Source: an uncultured Gemmatimonas sp. (GTDB lineage Bacteria > Gemmatimonadota > Gemmatimonadetes > Gemmatimonadales > Gemmatimonadaceae). Taken from it: 64,000 nucleotides of DNA. Below are positions 55,107-64,000 of this stretch, in pieces. The notes beneath the pieces were generated by a model that had not been told where the DNA came from, ran no database searches, and saw only the letters and a list, made by a program, of their open reading frames with translations. Location: contig CAZLAU010000001.1 in NCBI GenBank assembly GCA_964557615.1, positions 403 through 64,402 on the forward strand, given 5' to 3'. How positions within the stretch are numbered: the first letter of the stretch is position 1; each line of letters opens with the position of its first letter. Both the position numbers and the translations under genes were made by a program.

Positions 55107-55700
55107 CTACTTCTTCGGGCGCGCCTTCTTCTTGTGCGCGACGGACCGCTTCGGGCCGCTCTTGCCTGGCTTCCGGGCGGGCGTCTTCGCGGCTTTCCTG
55201 GCAGCCTTTTTCGTCACCTTTTTCGCCCCAGATTTCCGGACTGGCGCCTTGGCGACCTTCTTCACCGGCTTTTTCTTGGCGGGTTTAGCTGCGGATTTCG
55301 CCTTCTCTTGTACCGGGCTGGCGCTGCGGGCAGGCTTGGGTGCCGGTTTCGCTGCCGCGGCCGCCTTGGCCGGCGCCGGCACGGGAGCTGGTGCAACGTC
55401 GCCGGCCAGCAGCGAGCGAGCGCCGGGCTTGCGGCCGCGCTTCCGCGGCAGCGACTCCTCGAACAACTCGGGATCATCGTCGTCGTCAGAGGGCTCCGTC
55501 GCTTCGACGGGTTCGTCGTCGTCGTCGGCGGTGTCCTCGGCGCTGTCCCAGAGGGAGTCGCTGTGATCCTTGTTGATCGCCCAGCCACCGTCCTCGTCAT
55601 CGTCATCGTCGTACGAGGCGCGACCACCGCCGCCGCTGAAACCGCTGTCCTCGTCGTCGTCGTAGCCGCGTTCGCTTGTCAGGGCGTCACCCAAGGCCAT
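55107..55700 (-). CDS. bipolar acidic / histone H1-like (Lys-Ala-Pro-rich) protein
   Basis: The N-terminal half is Asp/Glu-rich (DDDEDS..DDDDDEDGG..DDDDEP..DDDDDPE). Next comes PRKRGRKPG, then a KKPVKKVAKAPVRKSGAKKVTKKAARKAAK tail. SD GGAGG lies 5 nt before ATG 55700 (the ORF is open to 55712). Confidence 0.6.
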   Translation of the reverse strand: MALGDALTSERGYDDDEDSGFSGGGGRASYDDDDDEDGGWAINKDHSDSLWDSAEDTADDDDEPVEATEPSDDDDDPELFEESLPRKRGRKPGARSLLAGDVAPAPVPAPAKAAAAAKPAPKPARSASPVQEKAKSAAKPAKKKPVKKVAKAPVRKSGAKKVTKKAARKAAKTPARKPGKSGPKRSVAHKKKARPKK

Positions 55701-55769
55701 GGGAGCCTCCATTTAGTGCACAGAGCAGCCGTCTTTCCCACCGCTGAATACATCAGGCGCGGCGCGTCG

Positions 55770-58700
55770 TCAAGCGGGGGTGCGAACGTCGGCGTCCGCG
55801 AGCGCCGGGACAGGTTCGCGCCGGTGCCGCGGAGCGGCGCGGCGCCGACTGCGCAGCCAGCCAGCCGCGTCGTCGAGGATGGTGTACACGACGGGTACGA
55901 CGAACAGCGTCAATAGCGTGGACGTAATGAGTCCCCCGATGACGGCGCGTGCCATCGGTGCGCGCTGTTCGGCACCCTCGCCCAGGGCAAACGCGAGAGG
56001 CAGCATGCCAAAGATCATGGCCATCGTGGTCATGATGATCGGCCGCAGCCGGATGCGACCGGACTGGAGGATCGCGTCGAGGCGCGACTCGCCCTCAGCC
56101 CTGCGCTGGTTGACGAAGTCAATGAGGAGGATCCCGTTCTTCGTCACGAGTCCCATCAGCATGATGATGCCGATCATGGACATCACGTTCAGTGTTCCGC
56201 CGGTGACCAGCAGCGCGAGCACCACGCCGAGGAAGCTGAGGGGAAGCGACAACATGATCGAGAGCGGCTGGATGAACGAGCCGAAGAGCGACGCCAGGAT
56301 GAGGTAGATGAACACCACGGCCAGGCCGAGCGCCTGGAGGACGTAGCCCTTGGTCTCGTTGAGGTTCTTGACGTCACCCGAGAACCGGGTGCGATAGCCG
56401 GCCGGAAGGGCGAGCGAGTCAATCGCGGCCTGCGCGCGTTTCGCGACGTCGCCAACCGGGGCGCCCGGGAGCACCTGTGCCGTGATCTGGATCTGGCGTT
56501 CGAGTTGCAGGCGCTGGATGGTCTGCGGGCCGAAGCCCGGCCGGAAATCGGCGACCTGGGTGAGCGGGACGCTCGCGTTACGACCGGTTCGCGCGTCTAT
56601 GCCGGAACTGGCGATTGGAATATCGGCCACGTTGCCGGCCGTGGCGCGGAGAGAGTCCGGATAGATGACCACGACGTCGTGCGAATATCCCTGCGGATCC
56701 TGCCACGTGGTGGCGCGCCCACCCGTGAACAAGGGTTGGAGCGTGCTGGCGATGGAACCGATTCCGAGCCCTGCCGCCCACGCCTGTTGCCGGTCGACAC
56801 GCACGTCGAGTTGCGGGATCTCGCCATCGTCGGATGAGTTGGGTTCGGCCATTCCCTCGGTCTTGCGCGCGGCCTCAAGGACCTGCGCGGCGACCAGCTT
56901 GAGCCGTGCCGGCTCCGGGCCCTGCACGTTGATGGTGATGGGCGCGCCCCGGCCGCCGAAAATCGAGGGTGTAGAACCGATGCTGACGCGGACGCCGGGG
57001 AAGCGGCTGATTTGCGTACGGATCTCCGACTGAATCTCGGCCTGGGACCGGCTGCGTTCCGACTTCGGCTTCAAACGCACATAGACGCTGCCGCCACCAC
57101 CGCGGCCCCCGCCGCCGGAGTTGACCGACATCTGGGTGAAGTCGACTTCCGGAATCTGCTGGAGATACCGGTCCACCGCCTGCGTGCGCTCGACCTGGAA
57201 GTTGAGACTCGTGCCGGGCACCGTGCGGGCGTTCACGTTGAACTCGCCGCTGTCGTAGTCGGGCATCCACGTGAATCCGACAAACCGGAGCAGGACAAAC
57301 GCCGAGGCAATGGATACAATGGCGCCGCCGACGATCACCGGGCGGTGGCCGATGGACCAACGGAGCCACTTCGGGTATCGGTTGGCGATGCGCTCGAACC
57401 ACAGGTCGAATGCGAGGGCGATCCGGCGAATGGGGCCGGCCGTGCGCCGGGCTTCGGCGGTGTTCTCTCCGGCCTCGGGATCATGCCAGATGCTCGAGAG
57501 CATCGGGTCGAGCGTGAATGACACGAACAGCGACACGAGCACGGCGAACGCAACCGTGACTCCGAATTGGTAGAACATCTTGCCGATCATTCCGCCCATG
57601 AAGGCGACCGGAATGAACACGGCAACGACCGCGAGGGAAGTGGACAGCACGGCGAGCCCGATCTCGTCCGTCCCATCCTTGGCCGCGCGATGGTGATCCT
57701 TCCCCATCGCCAGGTGCCGGACGATGTTCTCACGCACGACAATCGCATCGTCTATGAGAAGCCCGATGGCGAGCGACAGCGCCATCAGCGTCATGGTGTT
57801 CAGCGTGAAGTTGAACACCCACATGATGAAGAACGCCGAGATGATGCTGACGGGGAGTGTCAGCCCCGTGATGACCGTGGAGCGCCAGGAGTTCAGGAAG
57901 AGGTAGATGATCGCGATCGTGAGCACCGCGCCGAGCAAGATCGTGAGTTCGACGTCGGCGAGGGACTCCCGAATGTGCTTGGCGTTATCGCGAACGACGG
58001 TGAGCGTCAGGTCTTCGGGCAGCGTGCGTTCGATGTCGGCGATGACGGTCCGGACACGTTCGACGACCTCGACGGTATTGGCGCCGGAAATCTTGAGCAC
58101 CTCGATCGAGACCGTCGGCACGTTGCGGAGCAGCGAGACGGAGCGCTTTTCGGCGACGGTGTCGACGACGCGTCCGATGTCGCGCACGCGAACGGGCGAA
58201 CCGGCACGCACCTGGACGACGACGTCGCGGAACGCCATCGGGTCGGTGAGTCGGCCCGTGATGCGCACCAGCCGCTCGCCGTCACCCTTGACGATGCGCC
58301 CCGCCGGCACGTCCTGATTCTCGCGAAGCAGCGCCGCCATGACCTGATCAGGCGAGACGCCGTACGCCTTCATGTTGACGGGATCGAGCTCCACGCGGAT
58401 CTGCCGCGTTGCCGCTCCGTTGATGTTCACGCCGCCGACACCGGGTACGCTCTCGATGCGGAGGCGCAGGACCTGATCGGCCAGATCGCTGACCTCGCGG
58501 AGGGACCGCGTGCTGCTGCCCAGTGCGACGGTCATCACCGGTGAGTCGTTCGGATCGAAGCGCTGAATGACCGGGTCGTTGATGTCGCGTGGCAGCTGGC
58601 GCCTGATTCGGGCAACCTTGACGGAGATCTCGGGCTGCATGCGCACCGGATCGACCCCAAGGTTGAAATTCAGACGGACGCTCGAGGATCCTTCCGACGA

Positions 58701-58949
58701 CGTGGAGGTGATCTCGTTGAGTCCATCCACCGTATTGAGGGCCTGTTCGATCGGCCGCGTGATCTCGCGCTCGACGACCTCCGGGGACGCGCCCGGATAG
58801 CTGGTGTTGACCGAAATCACCGGATAGCTGACGTCGGGATACTCGTCGACGGCCAACCGCGTGAACCCGACGGCGCCGAACACGACGAGCGCCACCATCA
58901 TCATGGTGGCGAACACCGGTCGCTTGATGGAAACGTCCGAGAGGAACAT
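55770..58949 (-). CDS. RND efflux transporter permease (AcrB/HAE-type)
   Basis: 1059 aa. 12-TM architecture with two large periplasmic loops. Confidence 0.95.
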   Translation of the reverse strand: MFLSDVSIKRPVFATMMMVALVVFGAVGFTRLAVDEYPDVSYPVISVNTSYPGASPEVVEREITRPIEQALNTVDGLNEITSTSSEGSSSVRLNFNLGVDPVRMQPEISVKVARIRRQLPRDINDPVIQRFDPNDSPVMTVALGSSTRSLREVSDLADQVLRLRIESVPGVGGVNINGAATRQIRVELDPVNMKAYGVSPDQVMAALLRENQDVPAGRIVKGDGERLVRITGRLTDPMAFRDVVVQVRAGSPVRVRDIGRVVDTVAEKRSVSLLRNVPTVSIEVLKISGANTVEVVERVRTVIADIERTLPEDLTLTVVRDNAKHIRESLADVELTILLGAVLTIAIIYLFLNSWRSTVITGLTLPVSIISAFFIMWVFNFTLNTMTLMALSLAIGLLIDDAIVVRENIVRHLAMGKDHHRAAKDGTDEIGLAVLSTSLAVVAVFIPVAFMGGMIGKMFYQFGVTVAFAVLVSLFVSFTLDPMLSSIWHDPEAGENTAEARRTAGPIRRIALAFDLWFERIANRYPKWLRWSIGHRPVIVGGAIVSIASAFVLLRFVGFTWMPDYDSGEFNVNARTVPGTSLNFQVERTQAVDRYLQQIPEVDFTQMSVNSGGGGRGGGGSVYVRLKPKSERSRSQAEIQSEIRTQISRFPGVRVSIGSTPSIFGGRGAPITINVQGPEPARLKLVAAQVLEAARKTEGMAEPNSSDDGEIPQLDVRVDRQQAWAAGLGIGSIASTLQPLFTGGRATTWQDPQGYSHDVVVIYPDSLRATAGNVADIPIASSGIDARTGRNASVPLTQVADFRPGFGPQTIQRLQLERQIQITAQVLPGAPVGDVAKRAQAAIDSLALPAGYRTRFSGDVKNLNETKGYVLQALGLAVVFIYLILASLFGSFIQPLSIMLSLPLSFLGVVLALLVTGGTLNVMSMIGIIMLMGLVTKNGILLIDFVNQRRAEGESRLDAILQSGRIRLRPIIMTTMAMIFGMLPLAFALGEGAEQRAPMARAVIGGLITSTLLTLFVVPVVYTILDDAAGWLRSRRRAAPRHRREPVPALADADVRTPA

Positions 58950-58975
58950 GAGTCAGTCCGGTTGGATGGCGGCCG

Positions 58976-60280
58976 TCACGGCGCCGGCGGCGGGCCGCGC
59001 CGGCCGCCTCGACCAGCTTCGGTGCCGATGATCTGCACTTTCATGCCTGGGCCGAGCGTGCCGGGCGAGCCCACGACGACCTGGTCCTGGTCCTTGAGCC
59101 CCGCGAGCACCTGCACCGTGCCTCGCGCCTCGTCGGTGATGCCGGTCTGTACGTCGGCAACCGCCAGTTCGTCACCCTGGATCTTGTAAACGAAACGGCG
59201 GGTGCCGTCGACGTTGTCGCGCACCGCGCTGATTGGCACGACGAGAGCGCCCGGGACGGTATTCGTGACCACCTGGCCGGTGGCGAAGGTGTTGCCCTTG
59301 AGGAGGCCCCGCGGGTTCGGGATGGTGACGTACACCGCGACGGAGCGCGTTGCGGGATCGATCGTCGGGCTCACGCGCGCGACCCGTCCCGTGAACGAGC
59401 GCTCGTCGGCCGTGAATCGAACGGTCTGTCCCGGTTGGACGGCATCGGCACGACGCGCTGGAATCGAGCCAAGCAGCTCGAGCGAGGATGTTCGCACCAT
59501 CGTGAACATCTGCGTTCCGCGCGACGTGTTCTCGCCATCCTGAACGAGGCGCTTTTCGATCGTTCCGGCAAACGGGGCGGTCACGCGCGTGTCGCGCACC
59601 TGATTGGCTGCTGCGCGCTGGCGCGCTTCCGAGGCCGCAAGGCGGGCCTTCGCAGCATCGGCCGCCTGCTCGGCGAGTCGCAGGTCCCGTTCCGCGATGG
59701 CGCCGACCTTGAACAACTCGCGAGACTGGTCGGCGTTCCACGTGGCGGTGGCGACATCGCTGGTCATCGCGGCAACGTCGGCTTCGCTCGAGCGGAGTGA
59801 CGCTTCCTGCTCGCTCGACTCGAACTTGGCCAGCGTGGCGCCCGCGGCGACGGTCTGGCCCTCACGGACGAACACCTGTTCGACGATCCCGTCGATGCGC
59901 GACCGGACGGTTGCCGACTCCAATGGGCGAAGGTCGCCGGACACGGCGACCGTGGCCTCGACGACGGCCCGCGTGGCCTTGGCGACGTCGTTGGGTCCGA
60001 GGACGATCGAGGTGTTGCGGCCGCGGCCACCACCGGCTGCACCACGGCCCTGGGGAGCGGCACCCCGGCCCTGAGTCGTCGTACCGCGGCCAGTTGCAGA
60101 GTCACTTCCCCGGCCCGGCGCGCCTGAACGAGCGCCGCGTGAGCCCGCCTGCGTGGAATCGGCGACGGAATCGCCGCGCGCGCCGCGCCCGCGACGTCCG
60201 GTGTCCTGTCCGTGCAACAGTGTGGCCGTGGCGACGAGTGCCGCAGCGCAGAGGGTGACGACTCCGGTAGATCTAGTCAC
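58976..60280 (-). CDS. RND efflux periplasmic adaptor (MFP/HlyD family) with an Arg/Gly-rich N-terminal extension
   Basis: Lipoyl, hairpin and beta-barrel pattern. About 70 aa of GRG/RGA repeats follow the signal anchor. Confidence 0.88.
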   Translation of the reverse strand: MTRSTGVVTLCAAALVATATLLHGQDTGRRGRGARGDSVADSTQAGSRGARSGAPGRGSDSATGRGTTTQGRGAAPQGRGAAGGGRGRNTSIVLGPNDVAKATRAVVEATVAVSGDLRPLESATVRSRIDGIVEQVFVREGQTVAAGATLAKFESSEQEASLRSSEADVAAMTSDVATATWNADQSRELFKVGAIAERDLRLAEQAADAAKARLAASEARQRAAANQVRDTRVTAPFAGTIEKRLVQDGENTSRGTQMFTMVRTSSLELLGSIPARRADAVQPGQTVRFTADERSFTGRVARVSPTIDPATRSVAVYVTIPNPRGLLKGNTFATGQVVTNTVPGALVVPISAVRDNVDGTRRFVYKIQGDELAVADVQTGITDEARGTVQVLAGLKDQDQVVVGSPGTLGPGMKVQIIGTEAGRGGRRGPPPAP

Positions 60281-61715
60281 GTGACGAGAGGCCTGAGGAT
60301 GAACGGACCGGAATCGATGCGCCGGTCGGCAATGGAATGGCCCGCCCGCGCACGCGCGCCAACTCGGCGGTGGCGAGGAAGACGTCGAACAGCGAGCGAA
60401 TCTCCGTGGACTGCGCCGTGAGCATTGCGAATTGCGCGTCGGTCACTTCGAGCTGCGTGCCGAGGCCGCGCTCAAAACGCAGCGAAGCGAGTTCGAAGGC
60501 CTCCACCGACTCGGCGGTGTTCTGACCGCGGGCGTTCCACGCCGCGCGCGCACGCGCAAACTCTGCGCGCGCGCGGGCGAGCTCGAGCGCCGCCGTTTCA
60601 CGCTGCTGGTGGAGGTTCGTTTCCGCGATGCTGCGCTGAACCGACGCGATCTCCATGTTGGATTTCGTCAGCAGGCCGTCAAAAAGAGCCCATCCCACCT
60701 GGATGCCCATGCTCCGGTCGGGAAAAAATCCGTTGTTCTGGCACACGCGGGTCGAAGACGGCGGATTGCAGTAGGATCCCGACACGGCGCCGAGGCGATC
60801 CGGGAGGCCGTTCCTGGTGGGGAGGGCCAGATAGCCGTAGTTGAACGTCATGTTCACGGTCGGGAGCAGCGGCGCCCGCGCCACGCGCGCGGCGTCATTA
60901 CGCGCCTGGAGCGTGAGCTCCGAGGCCCGCACCGACCCCCGCACCGCATCGGGCGCAACGTCGGCAGCGGCAGCGTCGGAGATCGCGCGCACAGTGCCGG
61001 TGTCAATACTGGTGGTGAGCGCGACCGGCTGATCCATCGGGATGTCCATCAGCCGCTTCAAGTCGAGCAAGGCGTTCTCGCGGTCGTTTCGTGCCTGCAG
61101 GGCGAGCGGTTCGATGTTCGAGCGCAACACCCGGGCGCGGAGAACGTCGAACCGCGACGAGCGACCGGCCGCCATCAACTGCTCAACCTGATTGAGTCGA
61201 TCGGTGGCGAGCGCCAAGCTTCGCTCCTGCAACTCGGCGACACGCGCGAAATACAGCGCGTTGAGGTACGCTCGCTGCATGTCGACGGCGAGGCGGGCGC
61301 GCGTTTCGCCGGCGTCATACTCGGCGGCGTTGCGCAATCGGTTGGCGGCACGAGCGCCACTGATGATGCGACCGCCCTGGAAAATGGTCTGCGACGCGAC
61401 GAATGTGCCCTGGAAGGTGTAGCTCTGGCCGAATACGTTGCCGACGATTTCTGCCCGGGCGTTCTTCAGGACCTGGTTGTAGTTGCCCTGAAAGCGAAGC
61501 TGTGGAACTGACGGGGCCATCGCTGCCGCGAACTGGGCATCCGACGACCGAAGCGCCAGTCGCGCGAGGCGCGCTTCGTCCGAGCCCTGAATCGCGTGCG
61601 AAACCGCATCGCCGATGGCGATCCGGACCGTATCGCGTGACTGGGCTTCACTGCTGGCAACACCGACGGCAAGCGAAGCCGCCGTGAAAACGACCAAGCG
61701 GAGGTTCATCGGCAA
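60273..61715 (-). CDS. TolC-family outer membrane efflux protein
   Basis: Signal peptide and two OEP-type repeats. First gene of the TolC-MFP-RND operon. Confidence 0.88.
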   Translation of the reverse strand: MPMNLRLVVFTAASLAVGVASSEAQSRDTVRIAIGDAVSHAIQGSDEARLARLALRSSDAQFAAAMAPSVPQLRFQGNYNQVLKNARAEIVGNVFGQSYTFQGTFVASQTIFQGGRIISGARAANRLRNAAEYDAGETRARLAVDMQRAYLNALYFARVAELQERSLALATDRLNQVEQLMAAGRSSRFDVLRARVLRSNIEPLALQARNDRENALLDLKRLMDIPMDQPVALTTSIDTGTVRAISDAAAADVAPDAVRGSVRASELTLQARNDAARVARAPLLPTVNMTFNYGYLALPTRNGLPDRLGAVSGSYCNPPSSTRVCQNNGFFPDRSMGIQVGWALFDGLLTKSNMEIASVQRSIAETNLHQQRETAALELARARAEFARARAAWNARGQNTAESVEAFELASLRFERGLGTQLEVTDAQFAMLTAQSTEIRSLFDVFLATAELARVRGRAIPLPTGASIPVRSSSGLSSRD

Positions 61716-61772
61716 TTAACGTATTCGGAGCGCCCCCCGTTGGAGCGGCCTATCCCTTGATGGCCCAACGGG

Positions 61773-62603
61773 CTACGGCCCGACGAACTCCGGCAGGACG
61801 GTATGCGGAATGATGCCGGACTCAGCGCCACGCTGCAGGAACAAGGCAACCGAGCGTCGGCCGGCTTCGCCGTAGTCGACCGTCCAGTCGTTCACGTACA
61901 TCCCGACGAACTCGTCGGCGGCCTCGCGCTTGAGTCCGCGGGCAAACCGCATGGCGTGATCCAGCGCCCCGGCCCGATGGCTCAATGCATACTCGATGCT
62001 GGCTTTGAGATGTCTTGATACTTTCGCAATAACAGCGTCGCCAAGGTCCTTTCGTACGACGTTTCCGCCGAGCGGGAGTGGGAGGCCCGTCTCCTGATAC
62101 CACCACTCCCCCATATCAGCGACCAAGGAAAGGCCCATTTCCGAAAACGTGAGCTGGCCCTCGTGAATGATGAGGCCCATATCGACGGACCCGTCGAGCA
62201 CGGCAGCCTCCACCTGATCGAACGGCGTCGGGACCGCGTCGAACTCCGGTTCGAAGAGCCGAAGCGCGAGGTATGCGCTGGTCAGCAATCCCGGGACCGC
62301 GATCCTCTTGCCCCGCACATCGTTTCGTTCCGCCGGCGAACGTGCCACCAGACGTGGGCCGTATCGATCGCCCATTGATGCACCGCTCGAAAGGAGCGCA
62401 TAGCGGTCGGCGAGAAATGCGTACGCGTGAATCGACACGGCGCTGACCTCGAGTTCTGCGCGTAGCGCTCTCTGGTTGAGCGTTTCGATGTCCTGGAGCT
62501 CGTGGACGTAGTCGAGTCCTTCGGTGTCGATAAGGCCTTCGGCGAGCGCATAGAACATGAATGCGTCGTCGGAGTCCGGGCTGTGGGCAACGTGGATCTT
62601 CAC
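61773..62603 (-). CDS. MqnA/MqnD-family (VitK2 biosynthesis, futalosine pathway) protein
   Basis: [17 protein letters not shown]...[10 protein letters not shown] resembles the MqnD-type N-terminus. Confidence 0.7.
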   Translation of the reverse strand: MKIHVAHSPDSDDAFMFYALAEGLIDTEGLDYVHELQDIETLNQRALRAELEVSAVSIHAYAFLADRYALLSSGASMGDRYGPRLVARSPAERNDVRGKRIAVPGLLTSAYLALRLFEPEFDAVPTPFDQVEAAVLDGSVDMGLIIHEGQLTFSEMGLSLVADMGEWWYQETGLPLPLGGNVVRKDLGDAVIAKVSRHLKASIEYALSHRAGALDHAMRFARGLKREAADEFVGMYVNDWTVDYGEAGRRSVALFLQRGAESGIIPHTVLPEFVGP

Positions 62604-62657
62604 GGGATGCGGATGCTGGTGGCGCGTGGGAACCGCGGGTACCGCGCGGGTGCGGTG

Positions 62658-63428
62658 TCAGGGCCGAGTGGTGGGCGTGGACTTCAGCGCGTCGTCGATG
62701 TCGCGCTGGTGGTCCACGTACTCCGCCAGCGCCTTGGCCCGTTCGGCAGGTGCGGCGGCAACGAGGCGCGCACGAAACCGTGCGGCACCCGCCACGTCCT
62801 TTCGAAGGTCGGCTGCCTTTGCGGCGAGGATGAGGCCGAGGAGGTGATTCGGCTGGCTGGCGAGGATCGAGTCAGCCTGCGCGGCCGCCGGAGGGGCATC
62901 GCCGATGACCACGGAAATCGTCCCGATGTCGTAGCGTGCGTGGGCATCAATCGTCCCGACCCGCTCATAGGCCATGATCGCCATCGGGGCAAACATCGAT
63001 GCGCTATCCGGCTTTCCCTCGGACACATACCGCATCACCCGATCGAACAACCGGCTGGCGGCTTCTTCGGGCGTCATGCTCGAGATGTCCGTGGCGGCCG
63101 CGCCGCCCGCGAACGGTGCAAGTGGCGCGCTGGAGGCAGCGGGTGCGGGTCGTGTGCCGAATTGCTGGCCGGCGACGAACGCGACAAGCACGACGAGCAC
63201 GGCCGCGGCGATGGCCCAGGCTGGGGGAGTCGACCGCACGGCTCCACCCGGTGTTTCGCTGGACGCCGACGTCCCGCAGGCGGCACAGAAGCGAGCGCCG
63301 GCGGCCACGTTGGCGCCGCACGTGCGGCATGCTCCGTCGCGCACGGCAGTGCCGCAGTCGTCGCAGAAGCGGCCATCGGCTGGCTTGGCGCAGCGAGGGC
63401 AGGGTACAGCGGTAGTGGGGTTCGTCAC
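62658..63428 (-). CDS. double zinc-ribbon membrane protein with a helical-repeat C-terminal domain
   Basis: CPRC..CDDCG..CRTCG..CAACG, then one TM, then an alpha-helical domain. Confidence 0.6.
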   Translation of the reverse strand: MTNPTTAVPCPRCAKPADGRFCDDCGTAVRDGACRTCGANVAAGARFCAACGTSASSETPGGAVRSTPPAWAIAAAVLVVLVAFVAGQQFGTRPAPAASSAPLAPFAGGAAATDISSMTPEEAASRLFDRVMRYVSEGKPDSASMFAPMAIMAYERVGTIDAHARYDIGTISVVIGDAPPAAAQADSILASQPNHLLGLILAAKAADLRKDVAGAARFRARLVAAAPAERAKALAEYVDHQRDIDDALKSTPTTRP

Positions 63429-63575
63429 CGACCAAAGTTACCACGCGACGAGAGCTTTGGAAAAGCGCACGGCTCTGGGACAGGTGCGTCAGCGCCACGA
63501 CACCGCCCGGTCGTTTGGCGCGCGGACCGAGGGTGCCCGATATTTTGCAGGAGACTCATTTCACTCCGGGGGAAC

Positions 63576-64000
63576 GTGGCGGGACCAAGCCGATCACTGC
63601 TTGCCGACCTGACGGGCGCGACCCGCAAGGACGTGCTCGAACTCGCGGAAGCGCACAACGTGCGGTTCCTGCGCCTGATGTTCACGGACATCCTCGGCGT
63701 GAACAAGAACGTCGAGATTCCGGCGTCGCAGTTCGCGAAGGCACTCGCGGGCGACATCATGTTCGACGGTTCGTCGATTGAGGGTTTTGTCCGGATCGAA
63801 GAGTCCGACATGCTGCTTGCGCCGGATCTTTCCACGTTCAAGATCTTTCCGGGCGGGACGTCGGAGAATCGCGTGGCACGCCTGATCTGCGACATCACCA
63901 TGCCGGACGGGACTCCGTTCGGCGGCGACCCGCGTGGTGCCCTGAAGCGTCAGGTGGCGCGTGCGGCGAAGCGTGGCTTCACGATGAACGCCGGGATGGA
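63576..64000 (+). CDS. glnA: glutamine synthetase type I (5' part, truncated by the window edge)
   Basis: [21 protein letters not shown]...[20 protein letters not shown] is the GS beta-grasp N-terminus. GTG 63576 is preceded by GGGGGA. Not in the ORF track because it runs off the window. Confidence 0.85.
   Translation, partial: MAGPSRSLLADLTGATRKDVLELAEAHNVRFLRLMFTDILGVNKNVEIPASQFAKALAGDIMFDGSSIEGFVRIEESDMLLAPDLSTFKIFPGGTSENRVARLICDITMPDGTPFGGDPRGALKRQVARAAKRGFTMNAGM

Noticed and set aside
55480-55680. Tandem GAC/GTC triplet repeats that could be mistaken for a repeat array
   Set aside because: They are in frame and encode the poly-Asp/Glu runs of the bipolar H1-like protein. There is no spacer/repeat organisation, so this is not a CRISPR array or satellite.
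57567-58544. 325-aa plus-strand ORF inside the RND gene; similar cases at 60432-61511, 14963-15820, 49355-50302, 50524-51444, 36235-37164 and 41185-42153
   Set aside because: All lie antisense to, or out of frame with, confidently recognised genes. All have Arg/Asp/Gly-rich translations typical of non-coding frames in GC-rich DNA.
63531-63549. Sigma-54 promoter upstream of glnA (GGTGCC...TTGCA)
   Set aside because: The GG and GC dinucleotides are 14-15 nt apart rather than the required 12, so the -24/-12 register is wrong.

Overview
High-GC bacterial chromosome segment, densely coding and probably origin-proximal: it carries mnmG, parA, parB and a near-canonical parS. I cannot assign a taxon from sequence alone. 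The mix of a GWxTD protein, an MqnA/MqnD-family gene and a bactofilin next to parAB would fit Gemmatimonadota- or Acidobacteriota-like lineages, but that is a guess. Housekeeping content includes pyrE, polA, murB, ispG, tag, class I fumarase, glnA (partial at the 3' edge) and two cold-shock genes. There is an arginine cluster (argH<-argG<-argR | argC->argB->argD), a BMP-type ABC importer operon, a TolC-MFP-RND efflux operon, an M16 peptidase pair, an S41 protease followed by a TolB-like propeller, and a lipoprotein cupredoxin. I recognised no rRNA, tRNA, CRISPR array, transposase or integrase. Many long ORFs in the track are antisense mirror ORFs typical of high-GC DNA, and I rejected them. 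The most interesting material falls into four groups. (1) Three loci (21.3-22.4 kb, 26.8-28.1 kb, 35.1-35.6 kb) each sit behind a short AT-rich island. They encode related uncharacterised modules: an HTH or AT-hook DNA-binding part, plus in two cases a degenerate nucleotidyltransferase-like part in an AbiE-like layout. (2) A four-gene minus-strand cluster (52.9-55.7 kb) encodes an acidic/basic H1-like protein, a MerR-like protein, an SDR and a plasmid RepA-like protein. (3) parA-parB is followed directly by a TM/coiled-coil protein and a bactofilin. (4) A NIF3 gene is translationally coupled inside the ABC importer operon. All family calls come from motifs read by eye. No searches were run.
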